Part shown: positions 10,861 to 23,030 of the stretch, in pieces | How positions within the stretch are numbered: position 1 is the stretch's first letter | How the letters are laid out: every line of letters begins with the position of its first letter | DNA from: Octopus bimaculoides | Lineage: Eukaryota | Assembly (NCBI RefSeq): GCF_001194135.2 | Contig: NC_068988.1 | Span: forward strand, 3,005,425-3,069,424 | Reading direction: 5' to 3' | DNA: 64,000 nt | Made by a program: the position numbers and the translations under genes | The notes under the pieces: model-generated | The model's input: the letters and a program-made list of their open reading frames with translations, nothing else | Database searches by the model: none | Told to the model about the DNA's origin: nothing

Positions 10861-13143
10861 GAAACTAACACAACACTGTTGGAAGGCAGGTTTAAAGAGG
10901 GCACCGGCTAAGATTATGTGCCTTTCCCCTCCATTGGTCAGTTGAAGTTTAGACAGTGTCATGTGACAATTAGCTGGTGCTGGCTGCTGGAGCCTACCAG
11001 TGAGTATTTAAAGGGAAATTTGATAGGATGGTCAGTTGCCCTCTGACATTCATTGACACTGCATCAAAGAGGCCAGGGAACAGAAGGAAAAAAAGGAGAA
11101 AGAAGCATGCACTCAACATCAAAGCTGAAGACACCTCTGAAAGTGGGGACTCCGCCATGTCAAAAACGGTAGAAGAGTAGGGGCTGAAACCGGACGTGGT
11201 TCCTCCTGATGAGGTCTTTAGCCACTGAATCCTATAAAGGAGCTGTTGAGGTAGCAAACCAAGAAACATGGTTGGAATTCCTGATTACCTGGCTCTTTGA
11301 TGCCAATAGCTGATGCTGCTCTTTTGCAAGAATTTGATTTACAGCTCTGGTTTAAGAATAACTCTTTTCTCCTCTCAGTCTGCAATGCTTTGAAAAATGT
11401 CATGAGTGCTGTTTCTTATTTTACTCAACCAAAACAAAAACAAAAAAGCTTCCTATTGTTGTTTTCTATAGAAAATTAAACAGCTGCTTCCTCCAAAGAA
11501 TCACTAGGTGTCCTCTTCAACATAATGATTGATTTATGTAAGCTAGCATCTTTGAGAAACATGTGAAAACTGCTATGGCTACTGGGAATTAAAGGAATGC
11601 ATAACCCTAGATTCCAACTAATTACTCTTGGAGAATTATTATTGTATGTGTAATTTGCAGCTAATATTTGTCTTCCTTCCTCACAGCTTCATTGCTTAAA
11701 CATCAAAGAAATCTCAGGTAAACTAATTAACCCTGCCGGAAATCAGAAAATATACAAACAATGAAGAAAGAAGTGATAAAACAGAGAAGCAAATATTTGT
11801 ATGTCTTGCTGGAGCAAAAACAAAAGAAATCATAACACAAAAGTATATTTATCAAAAATACATAAACAATTATCAAATATGTTTGACCTAAATTTCTTTG
11901 TTGTCCTTTTAATGGTAGCAAGAGCAAAGTACATATTATTTATAATGTCTGGTGACAATGATTTTATACACTATTACAACACACACAGGAAATTAAATTT
12001 TTCCAGCTAAACCATGTGTGTGCTGAATAAATACCGCCTTGTCTTTTCTTTCCAGTTTCCATAAGATCTTCCTTGGTATAAATTGGTAATTAACTTATAA
12101 AGGCTGCAAGCAAATTGTAAATGAAAAAAAGTACAGAATTGAAAAGAAAAGGAAAACACAAAAACCAAAACTACAATACTAGAAACAACAAAAAGTAAAA
12201 AAAAAAAATGTAAAAAAAGGAAAAGACCCGGAAAGCAGTGGAAGATCTGAAACTAATTTTTAGAACTAATCAGTTAGGTTAATCGATAAAAGTAGTGAGA
12301 TGAAGGGATTGATAACAATAAAGGTTGCAGTCAGTAAAAGCAATCAGCAAAAGAGTCAGGCTGCTTAATATAGGTGCAAGTTTAATTACCAGTTGCGAGA
12401 ATGGTTAACAATGGTACAGGCAGAAAGAGTCAAGAGCTGAAAAACATTTAATGAGAAAGAGGATATTGAAATGACACAACATCTAACGAGATATTTTATA
12501 TTGTTTTATTATGCTTATTTCACAAGTTGCTGCTGCTGCTGCTGTTGCTGTTGTTGTTGTTGTATTGCTATAGCAACGAAATTTATTGATGTATCAGATG
12601 TTGCAGTCATCATTCATATGACATATATCTATTGTGGTGAATAGAGTGAATAGAGAACATATGAGGCAGAACAAAAGAAACAAAACAGATACAACAATAA
12701 ACAAAATCAAATATTAAATAGGTGTAAATTGGCTGCTTCTTCTTCTTCTTCCTCCTCTCTCTCTCTCTCTTTCCTCTTCTACAAATAACATGTCAGTTTA
12801 TATATATACAAACATATGTATATATATATATATATATATATGAATGTGTGTCTACACGCACACATATAACTGATGACTTGTGAAGTTTTTCAGCGGCAAA
12901 AAATAAAAATAAAAAACAAGATATGTATGCAAATGTATGTGTGTCTGTGCATGTATATATGCATATATATATATATATATACATATATAAATGTGTGTGT
13001 GCATGTATGTATGCACGTAAATATATATATATGTAAATGTGTGTATGTGTGTATATATATATGTACACACACATATATACACTAGAGTGATGGGTTGTGA
13101 AGTAGTCAGCTTCAAAAATAAACTATATATATATTTATATATA

Positions 13144-13390
13144 CAGGCGGGGTGGTGCAAAAGTAGGTACACAGTTATGAAAAAAGAAAACACATACAAT
13201 ATTCATTTATTTTTATCAAAAAAGATAAAAGTTAGCCTCATTTTTGATATTTTCAGTGTTATTAATCATAATACATTTATCATACCTACATTAATACTTT
13301 TATCATAACTTTTAATTTTTTTGATAAAAATAAATGAATATTGTATGTTTACTTTTTCTCATAACTGTACACCTACTTTTGCATCCTCTG
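13144..13390. mobile_element. Tc1/mariner-type MITE with about 80-bp TIRs and TA TSD
   Basis: TA|CAG..TGCAAAAGTAGGTACACAGTTATG...TATTCATTTATTTTTATCAAAAAA pairs with TTTTTGATAAAAATAAATGAATATTG...CATAACTGTACACCTACTTTTGCATCCTCTG|TA. Confidence 0.9.
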
Positions 13391-14160
13391 TATACACATA
13401 TATCTATTATGTTTGTGTGTGTGTGTGAGAGAGCAAATGTGCATTTATGCATGTGTATATATCTGTATATTTGCAGTTGTGTGGTTCCGTATGTATGGCT
13501 AATGCCAGAATGCTAGTGGTCAGCTGGTGTCAAGTCAAGTCTCTGAACTGTGTTCAATCCGTTACTCATCTGTTGACAGATACGTTTTGATCACAGAACG
13601 GTCAAGCAATGGACACTATCGATCAAACTGCTGCTGCTGTGTATGGGCATGTGTGTGTATTCATATTCCTAAAAAGAAGAAAAAGTATGAACCTTTAGCT
13701 ATAAAATATGAATATGTATAGTCATGTTGATGAAAACAAAGTAAAAAACAAATAATATATACATACGATAATACATACGATGGACATCTATTTGTCCATC
13801 TGCTTGTCTGTCTTAGCTTTCCAACTACATGCCTCTGGGTTCAGTTCCACTGCATGGTACCTTAGGCAGGTGTCTTTCAATATAATGTTGGGCCAAACAA
13901 AGTGCCGTAAGTGGATTCAGTAGATGCAAAATTGAGAGAAGCCCACTAGATATATGTAATATATATGTAACATATATGTAATATATATGTATATAACAGG
14001 AATATCACTCCATAGTGAATGTCAAGATATCAAGAATGATGCAACTATTTTGTAAATGGTGGTGAGAGATGATGCTGAAAAGTGCAGCTGTTGAAGAAGC
14101 TGACTCTCTTCTTTATAATGTTCTTAACTCTTTAGTACTCAGATTACTCTGACAAATGTA

Positions 14161-14487
14161 TCACCATCATCATTTAAGATCCATCTTCCATGCTGGCATG
14201 GGTTGGACAGTTTGACTGAAAGCTGGTAAGCTGGGGAGCTGCACCAGGTTCCAATATGATTTGGCAAGGTTTCTATGGCTGGATGACCTTCCTAATGCCA
14301 ACCACTCCGAGAGTGTAACAGGTGTCTTTTATGTGTCATCGGCACCGTTGCTACTGACCTGACACCAACATCATCCATGACTACAGTCTCACTTGGGTTG
14401 ACTGGTCTACATAATCATGGCGTACCACCAAAGGTCTCGATATGCCATGCTTGTCAAGCCAAGTGAGACTGTAGTCATGGATGATGT
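14161..14487 (-). mobile_element. RTE 3'-end insertion carrying a 35-bp fold-back
   Basis: Matches the RTE 3' UTR; arms 14368-14402 and 14453-14487 are 34/35 complementary. Confidence 0.85.
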
Positions 14488-14512
14488 AAAGTAATGCTTA
14501 TTTATTTACCTT

Positions 14513-14693
14513 CATCATCATCATCATCGTTTAACATCTGCTTTCCATGCTAGCATGGGTTGGACGATTTGACTAAGGACTGGTGAAACCAGATGGCTGC
14601 ACCAGGCTCCAATCTGATCTGGCAGAGTTTCTACAGCTGGATGCCCTTCCTAATGGTGTATTTTACATGCTACCTGCACAGGAGCCAGTCCAG
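14513..14693 (-). mobile_element. RTE 3'-end insertion with (GAT)n tail
   Basis: CATCATCGTTTAACATCTGCTTTCCATGCTAGCATGGGTTGGACG matches 50958 onward. Confidence 0.9.
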
Positions 14694-15187
14694 GGATTTC
14701 AACGGTGTGATTGATTAATTTTAGAATGGCATTGTAGGGTAGGTGTGAGAGGCTGGATCTGGCCAGTTTGAACATAAAGCAAGTGAAATATTTTGGCTGG
14801 ATATGGCCGGTTTAAATGCTAAATATCTAATATTTATCAACGTTTGTCTTGTAGTATTGGATCCCTTTAATCATGCTACCTGATTCTTTTACTACAACGA
14901 AGCCTTTAATATCTTTAACATTAGAATTCTTAGGGAATTGCAGCAAATATTGATTCCTTGATTTTAAGAATTTCTGAATTTAGCTTTGTTTTTGATCAAC
15001 TGCTAATTTTCGGTAAAGTTCACAGGCAAAAACAAAAGCTGATTGAGCTGAAGTAAAGCTTAGTTCCTCGATTCGAAAGAAATATTTTAACTGATTATTA
15101 CAAAAGTAGCAGGAACCATCAAACATTATATTGCTTTTATAAAAAGGGAAAGTTATGGTAAACCTTTCCAATATATCGTTTTTGTAA

Positions 15188-15450
15188 TAATGGGGTGTGG
15201 TGGCATGGGCATGTGTTGAGGAGAGATGAGAAACATGTTCTGAGGAGAGTGCTTGGGTTTGAGGTAAATGGACTGTGAAAGCAAGGTAGATTGAGGAAAA
15301 TGTGGAGGAGGAGATTGGGAGGGTTGGCTTGAGAAGGGAGGACGCCCAAAACGGGGCAAAATAGCAAGATGGTGTGAGGGTGGTTGCTATGGCATTGAGG
15401 TAGATCTAACCACCCCTGGATTTAAAACACTGGATGAGGATGATGATGAA
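15188..15450 (+). mobile_element. RTE-clade LINE 3' end, second subfamily (decayed)
   Basis: NGVWWHGHVLRRDEKHVLRRVLGFEVNG...GRLRKMW...VGLRREDA resembles the RTE C-terminus; GATGAT tail. Confidence 0.7.
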
Positions 15451-16964
15451 TAACATGCATTAAAACTGAAAATTATATCTGCTGAAATCCTCCTACATCA
15501 TACCAAAATCTTCATGTTGGTGGTCTTAGCCAATATTCTGGGAACTTTTAATTTGATCTCAGATATTGATAAGTACCACCAGGAGAAGGAAATTCATGAT
15601 TCCTTCTGGAAGATAACATTTTGGAATAAAATTAGGTTCTTTTCTTTCCACAGATCAAGAAATTGATTTCTGTCAGTGAAGTTACTTTTTATTTTCTAAC
15701 CAAAACTTCTGAGCACAAATTCTTTATTATTTCATGAAGTTCTATTTCTAACAATGTGCCTGCATACATTTCTTCTATTGCTTCTACCGAAATTCTTCAA
15801 AAAGAAAATAATGGCATGCTTCCTTACTAAAGGGTAGTCTTCTAAGCTTTCTTCTATGTCTTCATCTGAAATAATCTTTTTTTGTGCAGAACCCAGATTT
15901 TTTTCCTGGCTGTTAATTCAAGTGTAGTGTCCTATATTTCAGAGTTAATGGAATGGTTAATTTTCTTTATTCTGGCTTCCCACAGATTGTTGTAACACTT
16001 TAAAATTCCCCCATGAAGTGAAAGAATCATTCCTTTCTTGGAAGGTGCTAAATATTTAATTCCTGAAATAGGAATCATAAAGTCTAAAACAGAGCACTCC
16101 CTAATTGCATCATAAAATAAGATAAATTAAGAGCGAATGATAAATTAATAACAAACAAAACAAATATGACTAAATCTACAGAGATCTTAGCCAACTTCAA
16201 AGAGAAGGAAAAACAACAATAGAAATGAAGGAAAAATAAGTAAATTTTTCAAATTGAAAAAATATTATGGCAAATCAATTAAATTATAAAGGGAAATTGT
16301 TTGATCCAGTGATTTGTGTAGGTGTTTACACTCATTTACACATACAGAACATTATGTCTCAATACCTTGGAAAGGAATTTTGCTGATAGAAACTATGGGG
16401 AAGCCTGCTTTATATAATATAGTACACATACATACAAACATACATACATATATATATGCACACATATATACATACACATAAATATATGCACTCACACATA
16501 CACATGCACACACACATATGTATGCACACATGTATGAATATATGTGGCATACATACATGCATACATACATACATGCATGCATACATACATACATAGGTAC
16601 ATTCATGATGGCTACTTCCTCATTTTTGAGTGTAGCCATTGTCTGAAGCACTTCAGAATCGGTTTTGTGTGAGCAGCACAGTTGTGACTTTCCAAGCCAG
16701 CAAGTGACCCACATTCATGTTAGGGTTACATACATGATTGTCCCCAACAACAGGAACCACCTGTTGGTCATCATGCACTTTCATGTGATGTTTCTATTCC
16801 CCACCTGACAGACAAACATTGCTGCATTCATGACATATTATGCTGTGTATGGTGCAATCCAAGTCAATTCTTATTACCCACATTTCCTAAAAATGACCCA
16901 TTCACACCCTTCCTAGCATCCCACTTCATGATTTCTTCAACCAATTTCAAAACTGAGAAATAAT

Positions 16965-17552
16965 GCTTTGCAGTATTTGTTTAAATTCTGAAATCATATG
17001 CCACTCCACGAAGGTCCACTTTGTCTCTCTCTCATCCTTTCATGATCAATAAAATGAATTACCAATCAAGTAATGGAATCAATAACATCAACAACTTCCC
17101 CTCCCCTCAAAATTGCTGGCCTTGTGCCTGCATTAGAAACCATTATTATTTTTATCCTCATTGTTAAAGTGGTGAGCTAGTAAAATGATTACCACATGGG
17201 ACGAAATGCCTGGTGATATTTCTACTGACTCTTTATGTTCTGAGTTCAAATCTTATTGAGAACAACTTTGCCATTCATCCTTTTGGGATAAGATTTGAAC
17301 TCTGAGGTCGATTTGATTGACTAATTATTCAGCCTTAAAAACTGTTGACCTTGTCCCAAAATTAAAAAGAACTGTAACAAGTTGGCAGAATCGTTAGGAA
17401 GCTGAGCCAAGTACTCAACAGCATCTTGTCTGGTTTCACTTTCTCGTCTCATCTCAAATGTTGCTGAGGTTTTGGATTTGCCTTTCAACTTTTCAGGGAT
17501 CGATCAAGTAAGCAGTGGTTCATTACCAGGATTGATGTAATTGGTTAGTGCT
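16965..17552 (+). mobile_element. Three tandem degenerate copies of SINE family S2
   Basis: Motifs GCTGGCAGAATCGTTAG / TTCTGAGTTCAAAT / TTTGCCTTTCATCCTTT / TTGCTGGCCTTGTGCC recur near 16965, 17165 and 17380. Confidence 0.75.
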
Positions 17553-17556
17553 ACCC

Positions 17557-17751
17557 CACGACGACGACGACCACCACCACCACCACCACCCCGAAATTTC
17601 AGTCCTTGTGCCTATCATGCAAAAATTATTATCATCATCATCATCATCATCATTATCATCACCATCACTACAAGAAGAAGAAAAAGAAAAAGGAGGAGGA
17701 GGAGAAGAACTACAACAGCAACAACAACTACTATTACCACTGCTGCTGCTG

Positions 17752-17797
<46 letters not shown>

Positions 17798-17820
17798 AGT
17801 TGCTGCTGCTGCTGCTGCAA
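17557..17820. repeat. Compound trinucleotide array (GAC)(CAC)(ATC)(AAG)(GAG)(CAA)(CTA)(GCT)
   Basis: Read directly; source of the homopolymer ORFs in 4 frames. Confidence 0.95.
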
Positions 17821-18522
17821 ATTGTTTTGTTATTATTAACATAGAATACTTTAATAAAATATTATATTTGCGTGGAATACTTTCCTAAAACGTCTTTTCA
17901 AAGATCAAAACAGACCAGTTTGAAAAGTAAAGTTTGAACTGATTTGAAATCTTTCGACTTCTTTCGAGAATTCACAACAATTTAATTAGATTTGATGAAC
18001 TAGGGAAAATAAGAACCAACTTTCTATGCATTCTTACCAAGTTGACAGAACGCCAATAACATAAAGAAAAATAAACAAATTAAGAACAGAACCAAGGAAA
18101 TTCAAACTAACATTTGCCTACATTTATTTAGTATGGACTGTGCCTTCAATCAAGCGTAACATCAATAAATTACTCAGAGATTCATGCTGCATTGAGAAAA
18201 ATGCAAGAAAATAAAATGGAGATGCAAAGAAAATGTAAAGGTCATAGGTAGCTGTCTACAATAATTGATGTTGTGAAATTAGCATGTAATTCAGTAAAAA
18301 TGTTGTGGATACCTTAGGAAGAAGGGGATAGCCAGCAAGCATGGCAAACACAGGTAAAATGCGGATGATTGAAGAAATTGTTACCGATTCTACAGAGTCT
18401 TTCATAAAGAGAAATCAAAACATTAGAAAATCTCTGAATTTATATCATTTGTTTGAAAATGATGATTTTCATTGTCCTCTTGGTATAATAGATTCTGATT
18501 TTCAGTGATTTTACCAAATGTG

Positions 18523-18582
<60 letters not shown>

Positions 18583-19823
18583 CATGTAGAAATGTTGATA
18601 TGCATATATGTGTGTATATATATATACATATGTGTGTATATTTATATATATAAATATATAAATTATATATATATACACATATATACAATTATATATGAAT
18701 ATATATATATGTATATGCATGTATATACATACATACATGGATATAACATACTCATATACATATATGTAACAAACAGGCATATATGCATACAACATACATC
18801 CTACATACATATATATACATACACAAATTTGTGTACATATATATCTATATCTATGTATATATGTCTATACCTGTGTGTGTGTGTGTGTGCACGTGTTTGT
18901 GTATATGTATGTATGTATGTAGGTAGGTAGGTAGGTAGGTAGGTAGGTAGGAAGGTAGGTAGGTCCGATTGTGGTTCAAATTCGAAATAGTGTTTTATAT
19001 GCTAAGTAAAGTGATCTCCGTCTGGTTCACTGCCTCAAGGCATCTTGGTCATATGAATTCTCTGCTGATAAAACATGAATAAAGTAACTAGTCTTTGAGA
19101 AGCTTTATTTTGGATATTGTCTTCAGGCAAATGAGGCTTCTCTTCTATTTTACAATATTCTTCTTTATGCCACATTATTGTTAAAAATCCAGATACAATG
19201 TCATCTGGAATTTAGGATGCAACTTATAAATCTACTGAACTTTCATAATGTTTGCTAACCATAGGCTAAACAGTCAGAAGTTTTGAACCAATTTCCGTGG
19301 AATCTAAAGAAACTTCATGTGGAACATGGTAGGAAATTTAAGTAAAATATCAGGAGAAAACTGATTTTTAATGCTTTAATAGTAAGAATTATCATTATTG
19401 TGTGCATGAGTGAATATATATATATATATATANNNNNNNNNNNNNNNNNNNNNNNNNNNNNNNNNNNNNNNNNNNNNNNNNNNNNNNNNNNNNNNNNNNN
19501 NNNNNNNNNNNNNNNNNNNNNNNNNNNNNNNNNNNNNNNNNNNNNNNNNNNNNNNNNNNNNNNNNNNNNNNNNNNNNNNNNNNNNNNNNNNNNNNNNNNN
19601 NNNNNNNNNNNNNNNNNNNNNNNNNNNNATATATATATATATATATATATATATAGGTGATATTCTGTTAAGAATGTAGTAGAGTAAAGAAGAAATCTCA
19701 TCAGGTTTCACCCAGTGCTATCCAACAGTACTATTATACCTACTGCTAAATTTGCATTGGGGCTTCTGTAATGTGTGAATGGATAATTGAATAAGTTGGA
19801 GTCAACAAGAAAGAATACAGAGC

Positions 19824-20230
19824 AACATTTATTTGTAATCACTACAATTGTTTCCATGCAACATAGTTCTGCTTGTTCCTAAGTATTTGGTTATGCAACC
19901 ATTTCCCTGCATTGCAGGCCTTGTTGTGTTTCATCAGGTGATATATGAATGTTGTTTCTGTGTTCTGTAAACTCCATTTTTCAGCTTCGAGTGCATCTTT
20001 TTTGTTTGTCAAGGTTTTGTGAGGTAGTAGTAACTACTCTACGACAGATAGAATGGATGCAGTCGAAGCTAAAAATTTGAGGTTACGGAACACAGAAAAA
20101 ATATTTATATATCACCTGATGAAACACAACAAGATCTCACAATGTAGAGAAACAGTTGCATAACCAAATACTTATGAACATGGAGAACTATATTGCATGG
20201 AAACAATTGTAGTGATTACAAATATATGTT
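19824..20230. repeat. Long inverted repeat (arms about 175 bp, spacer about 58 bp); probable fold-back or MITE
   Basis: 19824-19997 is about 85% complementary (by eye) to 20056-20230, e.g. TTTGTAATCACTACAATTGTTTCCATGCAA / TTGCATGGAAACAATTGTAGTGATTACAAA. Confidence 0.9.
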
Positions 20231-20268
20231 CCCCTGTACTCTTTCTTGTTGATACAATTATATATATA

Positions 20269-20308
<40 letters not shown>

Positions 20309-20332
20309 CATATATGAATGCACACACACACA

Positions 20333-20481
20333 ATGGGTTTCTACACTGTTTCTATCTATTAAATTCCTTCACAAACCACTGGTCATTCAAAGATGCTTGC
20401 CCAAGGTGCTGCACAGTAGGACTGAACCCAAAACCACATGGTTGCAAAGTAAACTGCTTAACCACACAGCTATGCCTGCAC
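20333..20481 (-). mobile_element. SINE S1, 5' half only
   Basis: Reverse complement of the S1 head; ends at a CA/TA microsatellite. Confidence 0.85.
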
Positions 20482-22035
20482 CTATCAAATATAAATATAA
20501 CATAATAAATATAAATAAACACGTAAAAAAAAAAAGAAGTCTTTCTCTTCCACCTAAGAATTGTTCCATGCATGAGAGACATATTTTTGATGTTGTTTTA
20601 AAGTCTCCCACCCTTTGCTGTACCATTTCCAATTTACCAAAGATAGCCAAAGTATTTTGTAACCCTGTGGTATTATGAAGATCTTATGCTTTATTAAATT
20701 CCTCATAGTGTTCTACTAAAGATCCTGGTCTCCTGTATAGGATTTAATAAATCTATTGCTTTGTGCCACCAACATCTTGTCTGGAATTAGGTGTTGATAA
20801 CAACAACAACGAAAGTAAAATGGGACGAAACACTTTCCTTTACCAAATGCTAATTTACAAATATTCATTGGAATTGTTCATTGGGATGTCTCGACTATTC
20901 CATTGAAATTCAAGGCAGAAGAATGTATTGCTTATGTAGACTTTCTACCAGATGAAATATTATCATGGAGTTGATGGCATTGTTAAGAATGGAATGGTTC
21001 CTGAAGTGTAAATAGAGGAAACCTTATATATTTCTGTCACAGCGGAACCATAAATGGAAGCTTACTTTGCAGGAGACTAACATCTTTGAAAGGTATGCAG
21101 TATAAGCCATAAATTTGCTAAAGTTCAGTCGGGAGGTTGACATCAAGATTTATAGAACGATAAAATAACTAAAGAAAAAAAAAAGTAAAAACAAATTTTG
21201 CAGAAAAGATTCAGAAGTGAAGTGATAAATAGTTGTGGTGAGTAACTTTTGATTAGTTCACTAAAATCACATTTACATTTAACATGATTGCATTAGAGAG
21301 ATCATTCAAGTCAATACTAAGAATGTTGTAGTTTAGTAGCATTACTGATACACCAAATCTGTATACTATTCACAAGGTCACTAAAGGTCACTAAGTTTAG
21401 TTGCTGTTTCACAATAACCATTATGCTTAGACAAATGGTAATTCAGGTACATTGAGCAGAAAAAAAAAACGGTTTTCAACATAGAAATACACATAAAAAA
21501 ATCTATAAATAAATAGATATGTGTGTGTGTGTGTGTAAAGAAAAGAAAATGCTAATCTGAAATGTTTATTTAAAAACTGCTGAAACTTCTCGAAAGACAT
21601 CAAACCTTCCTTCTGGTTTGAGATTTTCCTTGCTGAATTCAAAAGTACTTTAGATTTTTTAAAAACATTTTCTTTAAATCTCTCTCTCTGTCTCTCACTT
21701 TTTCTTTCTCTCACTCTCTCTTCCCTCACTTCTTTCTTACTTTTTCTAACCACTTTTTTTTTTACAAAATTTGCATTAATTCTTCCATCCATGCTTTAAA
21801 ATTTATTAAAAACATGAAAAGCGGATTTTGCGTTACAAACATTGGAAGCTAAAATCTAGACTGTTGTTATTAATATAATGAACTTAGAGTCGTGAAGTAG
21901 TTGTTTTACTTACCAAACAGTAATGAAATGTGCCTCTTCTTACAGAATGTGATAGAGTTGGTTAACATCTGCAGGGAGCAAAGAATTCCTAAGAGCTTCA
22001 AAATATACCAAAAATGCATTTTTTTTATAAAGACT

Positions 22036-22288
22036 TGTGAGTGGATTTGGTAGACAAAAACTGAAAGAAGTCCATCGTATGTGTGTGTGTGTGTTTGTCA
22101 CCCCACCATTGCTGTTGGTGTGCTTACGTCCCCTGTAACTTAGTGGTTCAGCAAAAGAGACCAAAGGAGACCAGTAAAATAAGTACTAGGCTTACAAAAA
22201 TAAATCCTGGGGTCAATTCGTTCGACTAAAGGTGGTGCTCCAGCATGGCCACAGTCAAATGACTGAAACAAATATAAGAATAAAAGAT
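22036..22288 (+). mobile_element. SINE S1, 3' part
   Basis: GTGAGTGGATTTGGTAGAC...GAATAAAAGA, as in the other S1 copies. Confidence 0.85.
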
Positions 22289-22539
22289 TCTCGAATATTT
22301 AATTGAAAATGAAGGCAGTCATCACCATGTTTACTCTTTCATGCTTGCATGGATCTGATGGCATTCTTTGAGGCAAACTTTCTATGGCTGGATGCTCTCG
22401 TACTGCCAATCCTCACTTGTTTTGCATGCAAGGTAATATTTCTCCATGGCCAGACATGTTTCTATGGAACATTGGACATGTACAATGATAATGTTCTTAC
22501 ACAGCAGGCCTGCCACTCAGCCAAGTGGCCCTTCTCTAG

Positions 22540-23030
22540 ATGAAGTCAAATATGGCTGTATGTGTAGTAGGAATATTATAGAAAATGTGGGAGCTGTTGT
22601 CTAGTGTGGGCCTCATTTAATCCTTTTAATGCTCCCTCTTTCATACTTGAAGCTGTTTGATACTGAAATTCCTTCTGACCCCAAATAGAAGGGTTAGTTT
22701 GGGAAATGTGGTCTGACCTATGTTAATGATAAGCTTTGCCAAGAGAACTCCACTCCAAATGTAGTGAGATACAGCATTTGGAGTGACCGTGAGGGCACTA
22801 GTCAAGTATCACTCATGATTAGAGTTCTGTGATTTGATCTTTTTCTTGAAATGAGTAGTACTTGAAGGGTAAAATGAGACAAGGTTGGCATGACTTTCAA
22901 GACCTCTCTTTATGGAATCAGATTTGGTGTGAGGTGTCTAAGTTGCATATGGAAGATGCATGGTTTGGGAAGTTTATGGTAAAATGAAGGATTATGTCAT
23001 CTGTATGTGAATGAGTGTTGTTAAATACGA
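22540..23030 (-). mobile_element. Decayed CR1/L2-group LINE RT C-terminal fragment
   Basis: Minus strand gives NNTHSHTDDIILHF (YADD-like), then LGV.RNFSIKQL...RPTLDNSSHIF (RP.LEY.SHIW-like); heavily decayed. Confidence 0.45.

Larger units (their letters stand above)
14128..14823 (+). mobile_element. piggyBac-type MITE interrupted by two RTE-tail insertions
   Basis: TTAA|CTCTTTAG.. left end; MITE pieces at 14128-14160, 14488-14512 and 14694-14823 match the intact copy at 58551-58770. Confidence 0.8.

Noticed and set aside
11180-11220. GAAAC...CTGATGAG as a type-II hammerhead
   Set aside because: Only 4 nt separate the cleavage triplet and CUGAUGA, so stem I cannot form.
19690-20130. CTGATGA motifs at about 19698 (-), 19931 (-) and 20117 (+)
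   Set aside because: No stem II/GAAA/stem III arrangement follows them.
11687-21091. Isolated plus-strand micro-exon candidates (11687-11717; 21042-21091)
   Set aside because: Splice sites are good, but the peptides are unrecognisable and I found no consistent chain; such hits are expected by chance in 64 kb.
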